A DNA stretch of 32,000 bases from Longivirga aurantiaca (GCF_042660085.1 NZ_JBHSTI010000008.1:900001-932000); one strand, 5' to 3'; counted from the first letter of the stretch, positions 1-10,810 are shown. Numbers and translations are program-made. Notes: generated from the sequence alone by a model not told the origin.

Positions 1-580
1 GGCCGCGACGCAGCAGCGACATGGGGTCGAGGTAGTCCTCGCCGTCGCGCAGGCCCCAGTGCAGGCAGGACGGGACCTCTCCGCAGTGGCCGGCGCCCTC
101 GTGCACGCGGCCGATGACCTGGCCGCCGGCGACGGACTCGCCGACGCCGACCTCGGGCGCGACCGGCTCGTACGTCGTGGTGCGTCCGTCCAGGTGCAGC
201 AGCGTGACGACGTCGCGGCCGGCGACCGGGCCCGCGAAGACGACCACGCCGTCGCCCGGCGCCCGCACCGCGTCCCCGGCGAAGGCGAGCAGGTCGACGC
301 CCCGGTGGCCGCTCATCCAGTCGGAGAGAGGCGGGTCGAACGGTGCCGTGACGAGCAGCGGGCCTCGGAGGGGCGGCTGCCAGCCGGGGGCCCCGACGGC
401 CACGGCGGGGGTGTCCGTGGCCGTCGGGGTGTCCGGGGCCGACGGCCGGCTCTGGGCCGTGAGCGGCAGCAGCGTCGGCGGGCCGGCAGCAGGGAGCGGC
501 CCGAGGGCGCTCGTGAGCGCCGTGAGGGCCGAGGCGAGGAGCGAGGCGAGGGGCGCGACGGCGGGTTCGAGGAGGATCAC
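1..580 (-). CDS. M23-family (LytM-like) metallopeptidase, C-terminus truncated by window edge
   Basis: Reverse-strand translation from GTG at 580 is open to position 1 and reads ...[115 protein letters not shown], with typical HxGxD and HxHxG-like M23 motifs. Not listed in the supplied ORF track. Start codon is uncertain. Confidence 0.85.
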   Translation of the reverse strand, partial: MILLEPAVAPLASLLASALTALTSALGPLPAAGPPTLLPLTAQSRPSAPDTPTATDTPAVAVGAPGWQPPLRGPLLVTAPFDPPLSDWMSGHRGVDLLAFAGDAVRAPGDGVVVFAGPVAGRDVVTLLHLDGRTTTYEPVAPEVGVGESVAGGQVIGRVHEGAGHCGEVPSCLHWGLRDGEDYLDPMSLLRRG

Positions 581-943
581 GTGCCGACCCTCGACCGGGG
601 GCCGGACCGGTCGGTGCCGGCCGACCCCGGGCTGGGGACGACACGCCGGGCGCCCGGCCTGTGGACGGCGTGCCGGGCGGCCGCTCGGGCCTCCGACCTG
701 CGATTTCAGGTCTCGGGGGGTCTGCCCGTAGACTTCCCGCGCAGCCTGCTCCGGTGGGCTGACATCGCACGCCCGCATCCCGGCCCCAGGGTCGGCGGGG
801 CACCCGCGGTCCGGATCCGTCCGGTGGGGTGCGCCCGGCGGGAGTCAGGCGCCCCGGCGACCGTCGGGGCGGACAACCGAGTGGCGCTGCCGCGTCGCGG
901 GCCTGCCCGCGCGCCTCGGCGCCAAAGAAGGAGCGACCCGGCC

Positions 944-1897
944 ATGGCCGTCGTCACCATGAAGCAGCTGCTCGAGAGCGGCGTGCACTTCGGGCACCAG
1001 ACCCGCCGTTGGAACCCGAAGATGAAGCGGTTCATCTTCAACGAGCGCAACGGCATCTACATCATCGACCTGCAGCAGTCGCTGACGTACATCGACCGCG
1101 CCTACGAGTTCGTGCGCGAGACCGTGTCGCACGGCGGCTCGATCATGTTCATCGGCACCAAGCGCCAGGCGCAGGAGCCGGTAGCCCAGCAGGCGACCCG
1201 CGTGGGCATGCCCTACGTCAACCAGCGCTGGCTCGGCGGCATGCTCACCAACTTCTCGACCGTCTTCAAGCGCATCCAGCGCCTGAAGGAGCTCGAGCTC
1301 ATCGACTACGACGACGTCGCCGGCTCCGGTCTCACCAAGAAGGAGCTCCTCGTCCTGCGTCGCGAGAAGGACAAGCTGGAGAAGACCCTCGGCGGCATCC
1401 GCGACATGACGAAGGTCCCCTCCGCGGTGTGGATCGTCGACACCAACAAGGAGCACATCGCCGTCGCCGAGGCCAAGAAGCTCGGCATCCCGGTCGTGGC
1501 GATCCTCGACTCGAACTGCGACCCCGACGTCGTCGACTTCCCGATCCCCGGCAACGACGACGCCATCCGCGCCGTCGCGCTGCTCACCCGCGTGATCGCC
1601 GACGCCGTCGCCGACGGCCTCATGGCCCGCGCCGGCCGTGGCGGTGCCGTGGCTGAGGCTGCGGCCGCCGAGGGCGTCGTCGCCGTCGACGAGCCGCTGG
1701 CCGACTGGGAGACCGCGCTGCTCACGGGCGCCGACGCCGAGGCTGCCGCCCCGGCTGAGGCTGCTGCCGAGGCTCCCGCCGAGGTCGTCGCCGAGGTCGT
1801 CGCCGAGGCTCCGGCCGAGGTTGCCGCCGAGGCTCCCGCCGAGGTTGCTGCCGAGGTCGTGGCCGAGACCACCGAGGCCCCGGCCGAGCAGGCCTGA
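944..1897 (+). CDS. rpsB: 30S ribosomal protein S2
   Basis: [50 protein letters not shown]... is diagnostic for S2. ATG at 944 has an upstream AAGAAGGAG ribosome-binding site; the ORF-track start at 59 is too early. Confidence 0.98.
   Translation: MAVVTMKQLLESGVHFGHQTRRWNPKMKRFIFNERNGIYIIDLQQSLTYIDRAYEFVRETVSHGGSIMFIGTKRQAQEPVAQQATRVGMPYVNQRWLGGMLTNFSTVFKRIQRLKELELIDYDDVAGSGLTKKELLVLRREKDKLEKTLGGIRDMTKVPSAVWIVDTNKEHIAVAEAKKLGIPVVAILDSNCDPDVVDFPIPGNDDAIRAVALLTRVIADAVADGLMARAGRGGAVAEAAAAEGVVAVDEPLADWETALLTGADAEAAAPAEAAAEAPAEVVAEVVAEAPAEVAAEAPAEVAAEVVAETTEAPAEQA
1729..1890 (+). repeat. Low-complexity Ala/Glu/Pro/Val repeat tail within rpsB
   Basis: C-terminus reads [53 protein letters not shown], encoded by near-tandem gccgaggctcccgccgaggtc units. 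Confidence 0.85.
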
Positions 1898-2024
1898 CGA
1901 GCGCGCGGCCGACGCCGCGCGCCCCGCACGATCCGGCCTGCGGCCTGGGTCCGCCTCACCGGCGGACCCGGGCCGCAGCCGTGAGACTCACCGATTCGAC
2001 TTCTCCAGGAAGAGAGAGCCAGTC

Positions 2025-2837
2025 ATGGCTGACGTCACTGCTGCCGACGTGAAGAAGCTCCGCGACCTCACCGGCGCGGGCATGATGGAGTGCAAGAAGG
2101 CGCTCGTCGAGAACGACGGCGACTTCGAGAAGGCCGCCGAGGCCCTGCGCGTGAAGGGTGCGGCCAAGGCCGCCGCCCGCGGCGCCGAGCGCGACGCGAG
2201 CAACGGCCTCGTCGTGACCAAGGACGGCGCCCTCGTCGAGCTCCGTGCCGAGACCGACTTCGTCGCCAAGAACGCCGACTTCCAGGCCCTCGCCGAGAAG
2301 GTCGTCGCCAAGGCCGCCGAGGTCAAGGCCGACAGCACCGAGGTCCTCGCGGCCGCCGAGCTCGACGGCAGGACCGTGGCCGAGGCCATCACCGAGCTCG
2401 CCGCCACGATCGGCGAGAAGCTCGAGCTCGGCCGCGTCGCGTTCCTGGACGGCACCGTCGCGACCTACATGCACAAGCGTGCCGCCGACCTGCCCGCGCA
2501 GGTGGGCGTCCTCGTGGCCTACGAGGGCTCGGAGGAGGCCGCCCGCTCCGCCGCGATGCAGATCGCCGCGATGCGCGCGTCGTACCTCACCCGCGACGAG
2601 GTCCCGGCCGACGTGGTCGAGACCGAGCGCCGCGTGGCCGAGGCCAAGGCCAAGGAGGAGGGCAAGCCCGAGGCTGCGCTCCCGAGGATCATCGAGGGCC
2701 GCGTCAACTCGTACTTCAAGGACAACGTCCTGCTCGAGCAGGAGTCGGTCGTCGAGGCCAAGAAGAGCGTCCAGCAGGTCCTCGACGCCGCCGGCACCTC
2801 GATCAGCCGCTTCGTGCGGTTCGAGATCGGCGCCTGA
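2025..2837 (+). CDS. tsf: Elongation factor Ts
   Basis: [45 protein letters not shown]... Starts at ATG 2025 behind an aggaagagagag ribosome-binding site. Confidence 0.98.
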   Translation: MADVTAADVKKLRDLTGAGMMECKKALVENDGDFEKAAEALRVKGAAKAAARGAERDASNGLVVTKDGALVELRAETDFVAKNADFQALAEKVVAKAAEVKADSTEVLAAAELDGRTVAEAITELAATIGEKLELGRVAFLDGTVATYMHKRAADLPAQVGVLVAYEGSEEAARSAAMQIAAMRASYLTRDEVPADVVETERRVAEAKAKEEGKPEAALPRIIEGRVNSYFKDNVLLEQESVVEAKKSVQQVLDAAGTSISRFVRFEIGA

Positions 2838-2942
2838 CCCTCCTTCACGGTCTGCACTTGGCAGACTGACGCCGGAGAAACCGTAGAGCCGTTGGAGGCC
2901 GCTGTCGTGGACGGAACCACTGCCGAAGCAGGATCCACCCCG

Positions 2943-3728
2943 ATGGCGGGCTCCAGCGTCTCCGGAGCCGTGCAGCCGTCGCTCGACGGCACGCTCGACA
3001 CCTGGCCCGGCGTGCCCGAGGGCGGCTACAGCCGCGTGCTGCTCAAGCTCTCGGGCGAGGCGTTCGCCGGCGGTGGCGCGCTCGGCGTCGACCCCGACGT
3101 CGTCCAGGCGATCGCCCGGCAGATCGCGGCCGTGGTACGCAGCGGCACCCAGGTGGCCGTGGTCATCGGCGGCGGCAACTTCTTCCGCGGCGCCCAGCTG
3201 AACGAGCGCGGCATGGACCGCTCCCGCGCCGACTACATGGGCATGCTCGGCACGGTCATGAACTGCCTCGCGCTGCAGGACTTCTGCGACCGCCAGGGCG
3301 TCGAGACCCGCGTGCAGACCTCCATCTCGATGGGCCAGGTCGCCGAGCCGTACGTGCCGCGCCGCGCCATCCGCCACCTCGAGAAGGGCCGCGTCGTCAT
3401 CTTCGGCGCGGGCCTCGGGGCGCCCTACTTCTCCACCGACACCGCTGCCGCGCAGCGGGCGCTCGAGATCGGGTGCGAGGTCGTGCTCATGGCCAAGGGC
3501 GTCGACGGCGTGTACGACGACGACCCGCGCACCAACCCCGACGCGAAGCGCTTCGAGACGCTCACCCATGCGGAGGTGCTCGCCCGCGGACTGAAGGTCG
3601 CCGACGCCACCGCCATCAGCCTGACCCAGGACAACGACCTGCCGATCATCGTGTTCAACCTGCTCGTCGAGGGCAACATCGCCCGCGCCGTGCGGGGTGA
3701 GAGGATCGGCACGCTCGTCGCCAGCTGA
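2943..3728 (+). CDS. pyrH: UMP kinase
   Basis: [34 protein letters not shown]...[38 protein letters not shown]. The frame is open from 2892 (TTG); ATG at 2943 is one start option and the true N-terminus is unresolved. Confidence 0.95.
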   Translation: MAGSSVSGAVQPSLDGTLDTWPGVPEGGYSRVLLKLSGEAFAGGGALGVDPDVVQAIARQIAAVVRSGTQVAVVIGGGNFFRGAQLNERGMDRSRADYMGMLGTVMNCLALQDFCDRQGVETRVQTSISMGQVAEPYVPRRAIRHLEKGRVVIFGAGLGAPYFSTDTAAAQRALEIGCEVVLMAKGVDGVYDDDPRTNPDAKRFETLTHAEVLARGLKVADATAISLTQDNDLPIIVFNLLVEGNIARAVRGERIGTLVAS

Positions 3729-3779
3729 CCCCAGCGCCCGCGACGACCGCCCAGGAACGAAGACGACGAGGAGCCACCC

Positions 3780-4337
3780 GTGATCGACGAGACCATGCTC
3801 GAGGCCGAGGAGAAGCTGGAGAAGGCCGTCGGGGTCGCGAAGGAGGACTTCGCGGGGATCCGCACGGGCCGTGCCACGGCCAAGATGTTCGACAAGATCA
3901 CCGCCGAGTACTACGGCTCGCAGACGCCGGTCACGCAGATGGCCGGCTTCGCCGTCCCGGAGGCGCGCCTCGTCGTCATCACGCCCTACGACAAGGGCTC
4001 GATGACCGCGATCGAGAAGGCCATCCGCGACTCCGACCTCGGCGTCAACCCCACCAACGACGGCATCGTCATCCGCGTGGCCTTCCCGCAGCTCACCGAG
4101 GAGCGCCGCCGCGACTACATCAAGGTGGCGCGCACCAAGGCAGAGGACGCCCGCATCTCGATGCGCAACATCCGTCGCCACGCCAAGGACACCCTCGACA
4201 AGCTCATGAAGGACGGCGAGGTCGGCGAGGACGAGGTCCGTCGCGCGGAGAAGTCCCTCGACGAGATCACCCACAAGTACGTCGCCCAGATCGACGAGCT
4301 CCTGAAGCACAAGGAGGCCGAGCTGCTCGAGGTCTGA
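3780..4337 (+). CDS. frr: Ribosome recycling factor
   Basis: GTG start; [71 protein letters not shown]... Confidence 0.97.
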   Translation: MIDETMLEAEEKLEKAVGVAKEDFAGIRTGRATAKMFDKITAEYYGSQTPVTQMAGFAVPEARLVVITPYDKGSMTAIEKAIRDSDLGVNPTNDGIVIRVAFPQLTEERRRDYIKVARTKAEDARISMRNIRRHAKDTLDKLMKDGEVGEDEVRRAEKSLDEITHKYVAQIDELLKHKEAELLEV

Positions 4338-4360
4338 GACCTCGACCACCTCGACCACCC

Positions 4361-5209
4361 ATGACCGACGCGACCACGTCACCGCAGCCGGCCCCGCACG
4401 GGCGCGCCGGCCGCAACCTGGTCTCCGCGATCGGCATGGGGCTCGTGCTCGGCATCGGCCTGGTGCTGCTGCCGGTGCTCTACCTGCCGTGGCTGTTCGT
4501 CGTCATCGTCTCGGTCGCGATGGCCGTCGCGTCGTGGGAGCTCGCGGGTGCGCTGGAGCAGCGCGGAATCCGGGTCGAGCGAGCTGTGCTGTACGCCGGT
4601 GCGCTCGCGATGCCACTGGTCGCCTACCTGTGGGGCGTGCAGCCCCTCGTCGGCGTCTTCGGGGCCACCGTGCTCCTCGCGATGGGCGCCCGGCTGCTGC
4701 GAGGCCCGGAGGGCTACGTGGCGGACGTCGCCGGGACGGCCCTCGTCGCGGCCTACACCGGCCTCATGGGCGGTCTCGCCGGGCTCGTGCTGGCCTCCAC
4801 GCAGGGCGGCGACCGCGTCATCGTGATCGTCGTGCTGACGATCTGCAGCGACATCGGCGGCTACATCTTCGGGGTGCTGATGGGCCGGCACCCGATGGCG
4901 CCGAAGATCTCCCCGAAGAAGTCCTGGGAGGGCTTCGCGGGGTCGCTCATCTTCCAGGCCGTCGCGGGCGTCCTGCTGTTCGTGTACCTGCTCGAGGCGC
5001 CGTGGTGGCAGGGCCTGGTCACGGGTCTCGTGCTCACGTTCACCGCGACCGCGGGCGACTTCGTCGAGTCGGCCATCAAGCGCGACCTCGGCGTCAAGGA
5101 CATGAGCAACCTGATCCCGGGCCACGGCGGCCTCATGGACCGCCTCGACTCGCTCCTGCCCAACATCTTCGTGGGCTGGCTCCTGCTGCTCGTCTTCCTC
5201 GGCGCCTGA
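4361..5209 (+). CDS. cdsA: Phosphatidate cytidylyltransferase
   Basis: Multi-TM protein with the C-terminal signature [13 protein letters not shown]...[35 protein letters not shown]. Confidence 0.95.
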   Translation: MTDATTSPQPAPHGRAGRNLVSAIGMGLVLGIGLVLLPVLYLPWLFVVIVSVAMAVASWELAGALEQRGIRVERAVLYAGALAMPLVAYLWGVQPLVGVFGATVLLAMGARLLRGPEGYVADVAGTALVAAYTGLMGGLAGLVLASTQGGDRVIVIVVLTICSDIGGYIFGVLMGRHPMAPKISPKKSWEGFAGSLIFQAVAGVLLFVYLLEAPWWQGLVTGLVLTFTATAGDFVESAIKRDLGVKDMSNLIPGHGGLMDRLDSLLPNIFVGWLLLLVFLGA

Positions 5210-5249
5210 TCGTCCCGCCGTTTCCCCGCACGCCACGCCGCGTGCGACC

Positions 5250-6389
5250 ATGGACGTCGTCATGACCCAGGACCTCGAGACCCCGCGCACGCCGAAGCCG
5301 GGCGAGCTGACGTTCGAGGCGCCGCGCCGAGGCAAGCCGCCGCGCCACCTCGCCGACATGACTGCGGCCGAGCGGCGCGAGGCCGTCACCGCGCTCGGCC
5401 TCCCGGCGTTCCGCGCCGACCAGGTGAGCCGTCACTACTTCTCCCGCCTCTCGGCCGACGCCGAGGGCTGGACCGACATCCCGGCCGCCCAGCGCGCCGA
5501 CATCGCGAAGGTGCTGACACCCACGCTCATGACGCCGGTGCGCGAGATGACCGCGGACGCCGGCACCACGCGCAAGACGCTGTGGCGCCTGCACGACGGC
5601 GCGCTCGTCGAGAGCGTCCTCATGCGCTACACCGACCGCGTCACCATGTGCGTCTCGAGCCAGGCCGGCTGCGGCATGAACTGCCCGTTCTGCGCCACGG
5701 GGCAGGCCGGGCTCACCCGCAACATGAGCACCGCCGAGATCGTCGAGCAGGTCGTCTCGGGCGCCCGCCAGCTCGCTGCCGGCGAGGTGCCCGGCGGCGA
5801 GGGCCGCGTGAGCAACGTCGTCTTCATGGGCATGGGCGAGCCGCTGGCGAACTACAACGCCGTCGTCGGCGCGCTGCACCGGCTCACCGACGACGCCCCC
5901 GCGGGCCTCGGCATGTCGGCGCGCGGCATCACCGTGTCGACCGTAGGACTGGTGCCGCGCATCCAGCAGCTCGCGCAGGAAGGCCTGCCCGTCACGTTGG
6001 CGCTCTCGCTGCACGCACCCGACGATGAGCTGCGCGACACCCTCGTGCCGGTCAACACGCGCTGGAAGGTCGACGAGGTGCTCGCGGCCGCGTGGGACTA
6101 CGCGCGCATCACCAAGCGCCGTGTCTCCATCGAGTACGCGCTCATCAAGGACGTGAACGACCAGGCCTGGCGGGCGGAGCTGCTCGCCAAGCGCCTGCGC
6201 AACAAGCTGGTCCACGTCAACCTGATCCCGCTCAACCCCACGCCGGGGTCGAAGTGGACGGCATCGCGCCCGGAGGACGAGCGCGAGTTCGTCCGGCGGC
6301 TCGAGGCCGGCGGCGTGGCGGTCACCGTGCGCGACACCCGCGGCCGCGAGATCGACGGCGCCTGCGGCCAGCTCGCCGCCGCCGAGTAG
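5250..6389 (+). CDS. rlmN: 23S rRNA (adenine(2503)-C2)-methyltransferase RlmN
   Basis: [35 protein letters not shown] (radical SAM CxxxCxxC), [16 protein letters not shown], and C-terminal [17 protein letters not shown]. Confidence 0.96.
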   Translation: MDVVMTQDLETPRTPKPGELTFEAPRRGKPPRHLADMTAAERREAVTALGLPAFRADQVSRHYFSRLSADAEGWTDIPAAQRADIAKVLTPTLMTPVREMTADAGTTRKTLWRLHDGALVESVLMRYTDRVTMCVSSQAGCGMNCPFCATGQAGLTRNMSTAEIVEQVVSGARQLAAGEVPGGEGRVSNVVFMGMGEPLANYNAVVGALHRLTDDAPAGLGMSARGITVSTVGLVPRIQQLAQEGLPVTLALSLHAPDDELRDTLVPVNTRWKVDEVLAAAWDYARITKRRVSIEYALIKDVNDQAWRAELLAKRLRNKLVHVNLIPLNPTPGSKWTASRPEDEREFVRRLEAGGVAVTVRDTRGREIDGACGQLAAAE

Positions 6390-6535
6390 CGCGCCTCCGA
6401 CCGCTCGGCGCAGGCGTCCTCGCCCTCGGCGCACGGCCCGGGACACCTCCTGACACGCTGCAGGCACGTCCGCGATGCTGGCCGTGTCTGCCCTGGGCTC
6501 CGGCTGCCCGCGGCGTACGAGGAGGTAGGTCGAGG

Positions 6536-8431
6536 ATGAGCCAGGCTGTCGACACGGGTGCGTACCAGCGCGAGCGCGACCGCAGCATCGAGGACCCGGA
6601 GGGCTTCTGGCGCGACGCCGCCGCTGCGATCGACTGGGACGTCGAGCCGCCGATCGTGCTCGACAGGTCCGATGCGCCGTACTACCGCTGGTTCACCGGC
6701 GGTCGCCTCAACACCTGCTTCAACGCGCTCGACCGGCACGTCCTCGCCGGTCATGGCGAGCGCCTCGCGCTCGTCTACGACAGCCCCGTCACCGGCACGG
6801 CCGACACGTACTCGTACTCGCGCCTGCTCGACGAGGTCGCCACCTTCGCCGGGGTGCTGCGCGGGCTCGGCGTGGAGAAGGGCGACCGCGTCCTGCTCTA
6901 CATGCCGATGGTGCCGGAGGCCGTGATCGCGATGCTCGCGACCGCGCGCCTGGGCGCCGTCCACTCGGTGGTCTTCGGCGGTTTCGCGCCGCACGAGCTC
7001 GCGATCCGCATCGACGACGCGACGCCCAAGGTGGTCGTGTCGGCATCGTGCGGGATCGAGCCGGGTCGTGTCGTCGAGTACAAGCCGATGCTCGACCGCG
7101 CGCTCGAGGCCGCCGACCACACGGTCGACGCCACCGTGATCCTCCAGCGGCCGCAGGCCGTGGCCGAGATGGGGGAGCGCGACCACGACTGGCGCGCGCT
7201 CGCGGCTGCGGCCGAGCCCGCCGGCTGCGTGAGCGTCGAGGCCACCGACCCGCTCTACGTGCTCTACACGTCGGGCACGACCGGCAAGCCCAAGGGCATC
7301 GTGCGCGACAACGGCGGCCACGCCGTCGCGCTCGCCTGGAGCATGCGCAACGTCTACGACATCGGCGCTGGCGACGTGTTCTGGGCCGCCAGCGATGTCG
7401 GCTGGGTCGTCGGCCACTCGTACATCGTCTACGCGCCGCTCATCGCCGGCGCCACGACCGTGGTCTACGAGGGCAAGCCCGTGGGGACACCGGATGCCAG
7501 CGCCTTCTGGCGCGTGATCGCGACGTACGGCGTGAAGGCGCTCTTCACCGCGCCGACGGCGTTCCGCGCGATCAAGAAGGAGGACCCCGACGCGTCGCTG
7601 CGCGCGGGTCACGACCTGTCGTCGCTGCAGACGCTGTTCCTCGCCGGCGAGCGGCTCGACCCGGACACCTACCACTGGGCCAGCGACATCCTCGGCATCC
7701 CGGTGGTCGACAACTGGTGGCAGACCGAGACGGGCTGGCCGATCGCGGCCAACCCGCGCGGCCTCGAGCCGCTGCCGATCAAGCCCGGCTCGCCGAGCGT
7801 GATCATGCCGGGGTACGACGTGCGCGTGCTCGACGAGCGCGGGCTCCCGGTCGAGCCCGGCCAGGAGGGCAACATCTCCATCCGCCTACCGCTGCCGCCC
7901 GGCACGCTGCCGACGCTGTGGAACGACGACAAGCGGTACGTCGACTCCTACCTCGCGGTGTTCAGCGGCTACTACGCGACCGGCGACGGCGGCTACATCG
8001 ACGAGGACGGCTACATCTTCGTGATGGGCCGCACCGACGACGTCATCAACGTCGCAGGGCACCGCCTCTCGACCGGCTCGATGGAGGCGGTCGTCGCCAC
8101 CCACCCGATGGTGGCGGAGTGCGCGGTCATCGGCGTCCACGACCAGCTCAAGGGCCAGATCCCGCGCGCGTTCGTGGTGCTGAAGGCTGGCGCAGACATC
8201 GACCCGAAGCAGCTCGAGAAGGAGATCGTCGCGTCGGTGCGCGACGAGATCGGGCCGGTCGCCGCGTTCAAGAGCGTCGTGATCGTGCCGGGCCTGCCCA
8301 AGACCCGCTCGGGCAAGATCCTGCGCCGCACGATGCGCGGCATCGCCGACGGCCGGCCCGAGGCGCCGCCGTCGACGATCGACGACATCAGCGTGCTCGA
8401 CGTCCTGCGCCCCCTGCTCCAGGGCGACTGA
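6536..8431 (+). CDS. prpE: Propionyl-CoA synthetase-like acyl-CoA synthetase (PrpE/Acs family)
   Basis: ATG at 6536. Contains RWFTGGRLNTCFNALDRHV, VLYTSGTTGKPKGIVRDNGGHAVAL, YYATGDGGYIDEDGYIFVMGRTDDVINVAGHRLSTGSMEA and PKTRSGKILRRTMR. The GRLNTCFNALDRH segment is typical of PrpE-like ligases. Confidence 0.88.
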   Translation: MSQAVDTGAYQRERDRSIEDPEGFWRDAAAAIDWDVEPPIVLDRSDAPYYRWFTGGRLNTCFNALDRHVLAGHGERLALVYDSPVTGTADTYSYSRLLDEVATFAGVLRGLGVEKGDRVLLYMPMVPEAVIAMLATARLGAVHSVVFGGFAPHELAIRIDDATPKVVVSASCGIEPGRVVEYKPMLDRALEAADHTVDATVILQRPQAVAEMGERDHDWRALAAAAEPAGCVSVEATDPLYVLYTSGTTGKPKGIVRDNGGHAVALAWSMRNVYDIGAGDVFWAASDVGWVVGHSYIVYAPLIAGATTVVYEGKPVGTPDASAFWRVIATYGVKALFTAPTAFRAIKKEDPDASLRAGHDLSSLQTLFLAGERLDPDTYHWASDILGIPVVDNWWQTETGWPIAANPRGLEPLPIKPGSPSVIMPGYDVRVLDERGLPVEPGQEGNISIRLPLPPGTLPTLWNDDKRYVDSYLAVFSGYYATGDGGYIDEDGYIFVMGRTDDVINVAGHRLSTGSMEAVVATHPMVAECAVIGVHDQLKGQIPRAFVVLKAGADIDPKQLEKEIVASVRDEIGPVAAFKSVVIVPGLPKTRSGKILRRTMRGIADGRPEAPPSTIDDISVLDVLRPLLQGD

Positions 8432-8530
8432 CCCGAGCAGGATCGGAGAAGCGCCGCTGCCATACGCCCTGTGAGACTCGGGCGCGTCGGATCGGTAGGT
8501 TCTGCCCGTCATCTCGCCCCGGAGGTCTCC

Positions 8531-9001
8531 GTGCCGTACGTCGTCGACTTCGTCACCGTCTCGACCGAGGGGCTCGAGTCCTCACCCGTCGCGGAGGCGC
8601 TCGCCGGCCTCCGGGCGAACGAGGCCCGCTACTTCCGGAACAAGTACGACGTCGTGTTCGCGACCGAGAAGGCGACGTCGGCCACGGGCAAGAAGCTCGT
8701 CGCGTACGTCGCGAAGGTGCTGAAGGACGAGCGCGACATCGTGCTCGCGTCCACGCCTCTCGAGGCCACCGAGATGCTCATCGACGGCGTGCGCTGGACC
8801 TATGTGTTCTACGAATCGGGCCTGTCGGTCAACGTGCTCTACACGCTCGAGGACGGCGGCAAGCGCGCCGTGGGCTTCAAGCTCTCCGACGGCATGGAGG
8901 TGCCCGAGGAGCTCGAGACGACGTTCAAGTTCGTGCGCCAGAAGTCCAAGCTCGCCGGCACGATCCGCGGCAGCTACTTCGTCATCAGGGGCGAGTACTG
9001 A
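8531..9001 (+). CDS. Conserved hypothetical protein, 156 aa
   Basis: GTG start behind a ccggaggtctcc ribosome-binding site; VPYVVDFVTVSTEGLESSPVAEALAGLRANEARYFRNKYDVVFATEKA... No recognised family. Confidence 0.75.
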   Translation: MPYVVDFVTVSTEGLESSPVAEALAGLRANEARYFRNKYDVVFATEKATSATGKKLVAYVAKVLKDERDIVLASTPLEATEMLIDGVRWTYVFYESGLSVNVLYTLEDGGKRAVGFKLSDGMEVPEELETTFKFVRQKSKLAGTIRGSYFVIRGEY

Positions 9002-9011
9002 GGCATGGCCC

Positions 9012-9069
9012 CGCCGACTTGGTAGTGGTAAGTCGCTGTCGGCTGCGACTTTCCACTACCAAGTCGGGG
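9012..9069. repeat. Long near-perfect inverted repeat (23-position stem with one mismatch, 8-nt loop)
   Basis: Left arm CCGACTTGGTAGTGGTAAGTCGC (9014-9036), loop TGTCGGCT (9037-9044), right arm GCGACTTTCCACTACCAAGTCGG (9045-9067). The single mismatch is T9029/T9052; a further C9012:G9069 pair lies outside a mismatch. Confidence 0.9.
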
Positions 9070-9153
9070 TGCGGCCGGAATCGCATGTGGTTGCTGTGGA
9101 TATCGCCTGTCGGTGATCGGCGCGCTGTCGGAGGTGGTGGCCATGATGGGGTC

Positions 9154-10629
9154 ATGTCCCAGGCCACCTCCGTCGATCCGGCGGTGGAGCTCGCGCGCCT
9201 GGTCGCGGGTGCGCGGGGTCTGCTGACGGAGGCGTCGGTGCTGGCCGGTTCGGGTGCGGTCGCGGGTGTCGGTCTGGCGGGTCTGCCGGAGCTGACGGCG
9301 GAGCTGTTCGCGGTCCGCGACGCCGCCCACGCCCTGGGCGTGGTCGCGGTGGACCGTCTGGACGCGTCGGGGGTGCTGGCGTCGGCGGGGTTCGGGTCGA
9401 CGACGGCGTTCCTGACCCAGCGCACCGGCATGGCCCCGGGCAGGGCCGGCTCGGTGGTCTCCGGCGCCCGCACGCTGCGGTCGTACGCCGCGACCCGGGT
9501 CGCGCTGGTCGCCGGCCGGGTCACCCCGGACCTGGCCGCTGCCCTGGTGCGCGGGTCGGAGGCGGCGATCGCGGACAGGACCGCCGACGACCGGGTGGCG
9601 TGGCGGGCGTTCTGCGAGGACTACCTCCTCCCGATCGCCGAGCAGGGCTCGGTGGAGGAGGTCGCGGGCGCTGCCGCGATCTTGAAGGAGATCCTGGACC
9701 CGGAGGCGGCGGCCCGCCGCAAGGAAGAAGCCATGGCCGGCCAGTTCCTGACCGTGACCCGGGTGGGGGACCAGTTCGTCCTCAAGGGTGCCCTGACCCT
9801 GGAGGACGGCGCCGCGCTCAAGGTGCTGCTGGACCGGATGCGCGACGCGAAGTACCGGTCGGGATCCCTGACCCCGGACGAGCAGCCCACCGGCGACGCG
9901 GCCACAGATGAGCGGCGGCGCCGGATCGCGGCCGCGCATCAGGACGCCCTGTCGTTGAAGCACCTCGTGCAGCTGTGGCTGGCCAACGGCATGGTCGGGC
10001 GCGCCCACGGGGTCCGACCGCACGTCACCATCAGCACCAGCGTCGACGACCTCGACGCCGGGTTCCCCGGCGAGATCACCGTCCCCGGGATGTCGTCCCC
10101 GGTGCTGGTCAACGCCGACACCGTGCGCCGGATGCTCTGCGACGCCTCAGTCACCGAGATCGCCACCGCCGGATCCGTCCCGGACCGCCACGCCCACCAC
10201 CACGACGGCATCCCCTGCCACGGACCCGCCCACCGGGGACGACACGGGCACGTCCACGGCGTCGCCGGCTGCGAGCTCGACGCCGAGTCGGCGCGGCTCC
10301 TGCGGCGTCGCCACCACGTCTGGGACGAGGGACGCCGCTACCGCACCGTGCCGCCTCGCCTGCGTCGGGCGCTGGACCTGCGGGACCGGCACTGCGCGTT
10401 CCCCGGCTGCCGGATCGCGGTCGGGTGGTGCGAGGCCCACCACATCACCGAGTGGGAGCACGGCGGCGCCACCGACCTCGACAACCTCACGCTCCTGTGC
10501 GCGAAGCACCACCACGCGGTGCACGAGGGCGGATGGACCATCACGAGGGTTCCCGGGATCGACCCGGGATGCCCGACCTGGCTCGCCGTCGAACCGCCCG
10601 ACCCCGCCCCCGTCCGAACCCGGCCCTGA
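9154..10629 (+). CDS. DUF222 / HNH endonuclease domain protein (REP13E12-type)
   Basis: N-terminal DUF222-like helical region; C-terminal HNH motif RRALDLRDRHCAFPGCRIAVGWCEAHHITEWEHGGATDLDNLTLLCAKHHHAVHEGGW. ATG at 9154 is in frame with the TGA at 10627. Confidence 0.92.
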   Translation: MSQATSVDPAVELARLVAGARGLLTEASVLAGSGAVAGVGLAGLPELTAELFAVRDAAHALGVVAVDRLDASGVLASAGFGSTTAFLTQRTGMAPGRAGSVVSGARTLRSYAATRVALVAGRVTPDLAAALVRGSEAAIADRTADDRVAWRAFCEDYLLPIAEQGSVEEVAGAAAILKEILDPEAAARRKEEAMAGQFLTVTRVGDQFVLKGALTLEDGAALKVLLDRMRDAKYRSGSLTPDEQPTGDAATDERRRRIAAAHQDALSLKHLVQLWLANGMVGRAHGVRPHVTISTSVDDLDAGFPGEITVPGMSSPVLVNADTVRRMLCDASVTEIATAGSVPDRHAHHHDGIPCHGPAHRGRHGHVHGVAGCELDAESARLLRRRHHVWDEGRRYRTVPPRLRRALDLRDRHCAFPGCRIAVGWCEAHHITEWEHGGATDLDNLTLLCAKHHHAVHEGGWTITRVPGIDPGCPTWLAVEPPDPAPVRTRP

Positions 10630-10810
10630 AGAGGGGCCGGCCGCACTCGGGACCGATCAGCACCACCGGCAGACCGCACCACCCGACAGGGAGCGGTCCC
10701 ATCGCCATGCCCGGACACTCGCGGCACTGAGCGAGGTGTCCGGCGATATCGCTTGCGGGTCCGAGCCCAACGTCGGCAGGTCACGCTTCGGACCTGGAAG
10801 GGTGGCCCCC

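Noticed and set aside
2850-2866. Small hairpin GTCTGC-ACTTG-GCAGAC between tsf and pyrH
   Set aside because: A 6-bp stem with no T-tract, easily expected by chance; insufficient support as a terminator or riboswitch.
1956-4382. 808-aa minus-strand ORF antisense to tsf, pyrH and frr
   Set aside because: GC-rich shadow ORF with Arg/His/Asp/Gly-rich composition and no domain; the plus strand encodes unmistakable housekeeping proteins.
7048-9153. N-terminal part of the 1193-aa plus-strand ORF ending at 10629
   Set aside because: The upstream part is Arg-rich out-of-frame sequence over prpE and the hypothetical gene; only 9154-10629 matches a real DUF222/HNH protein.
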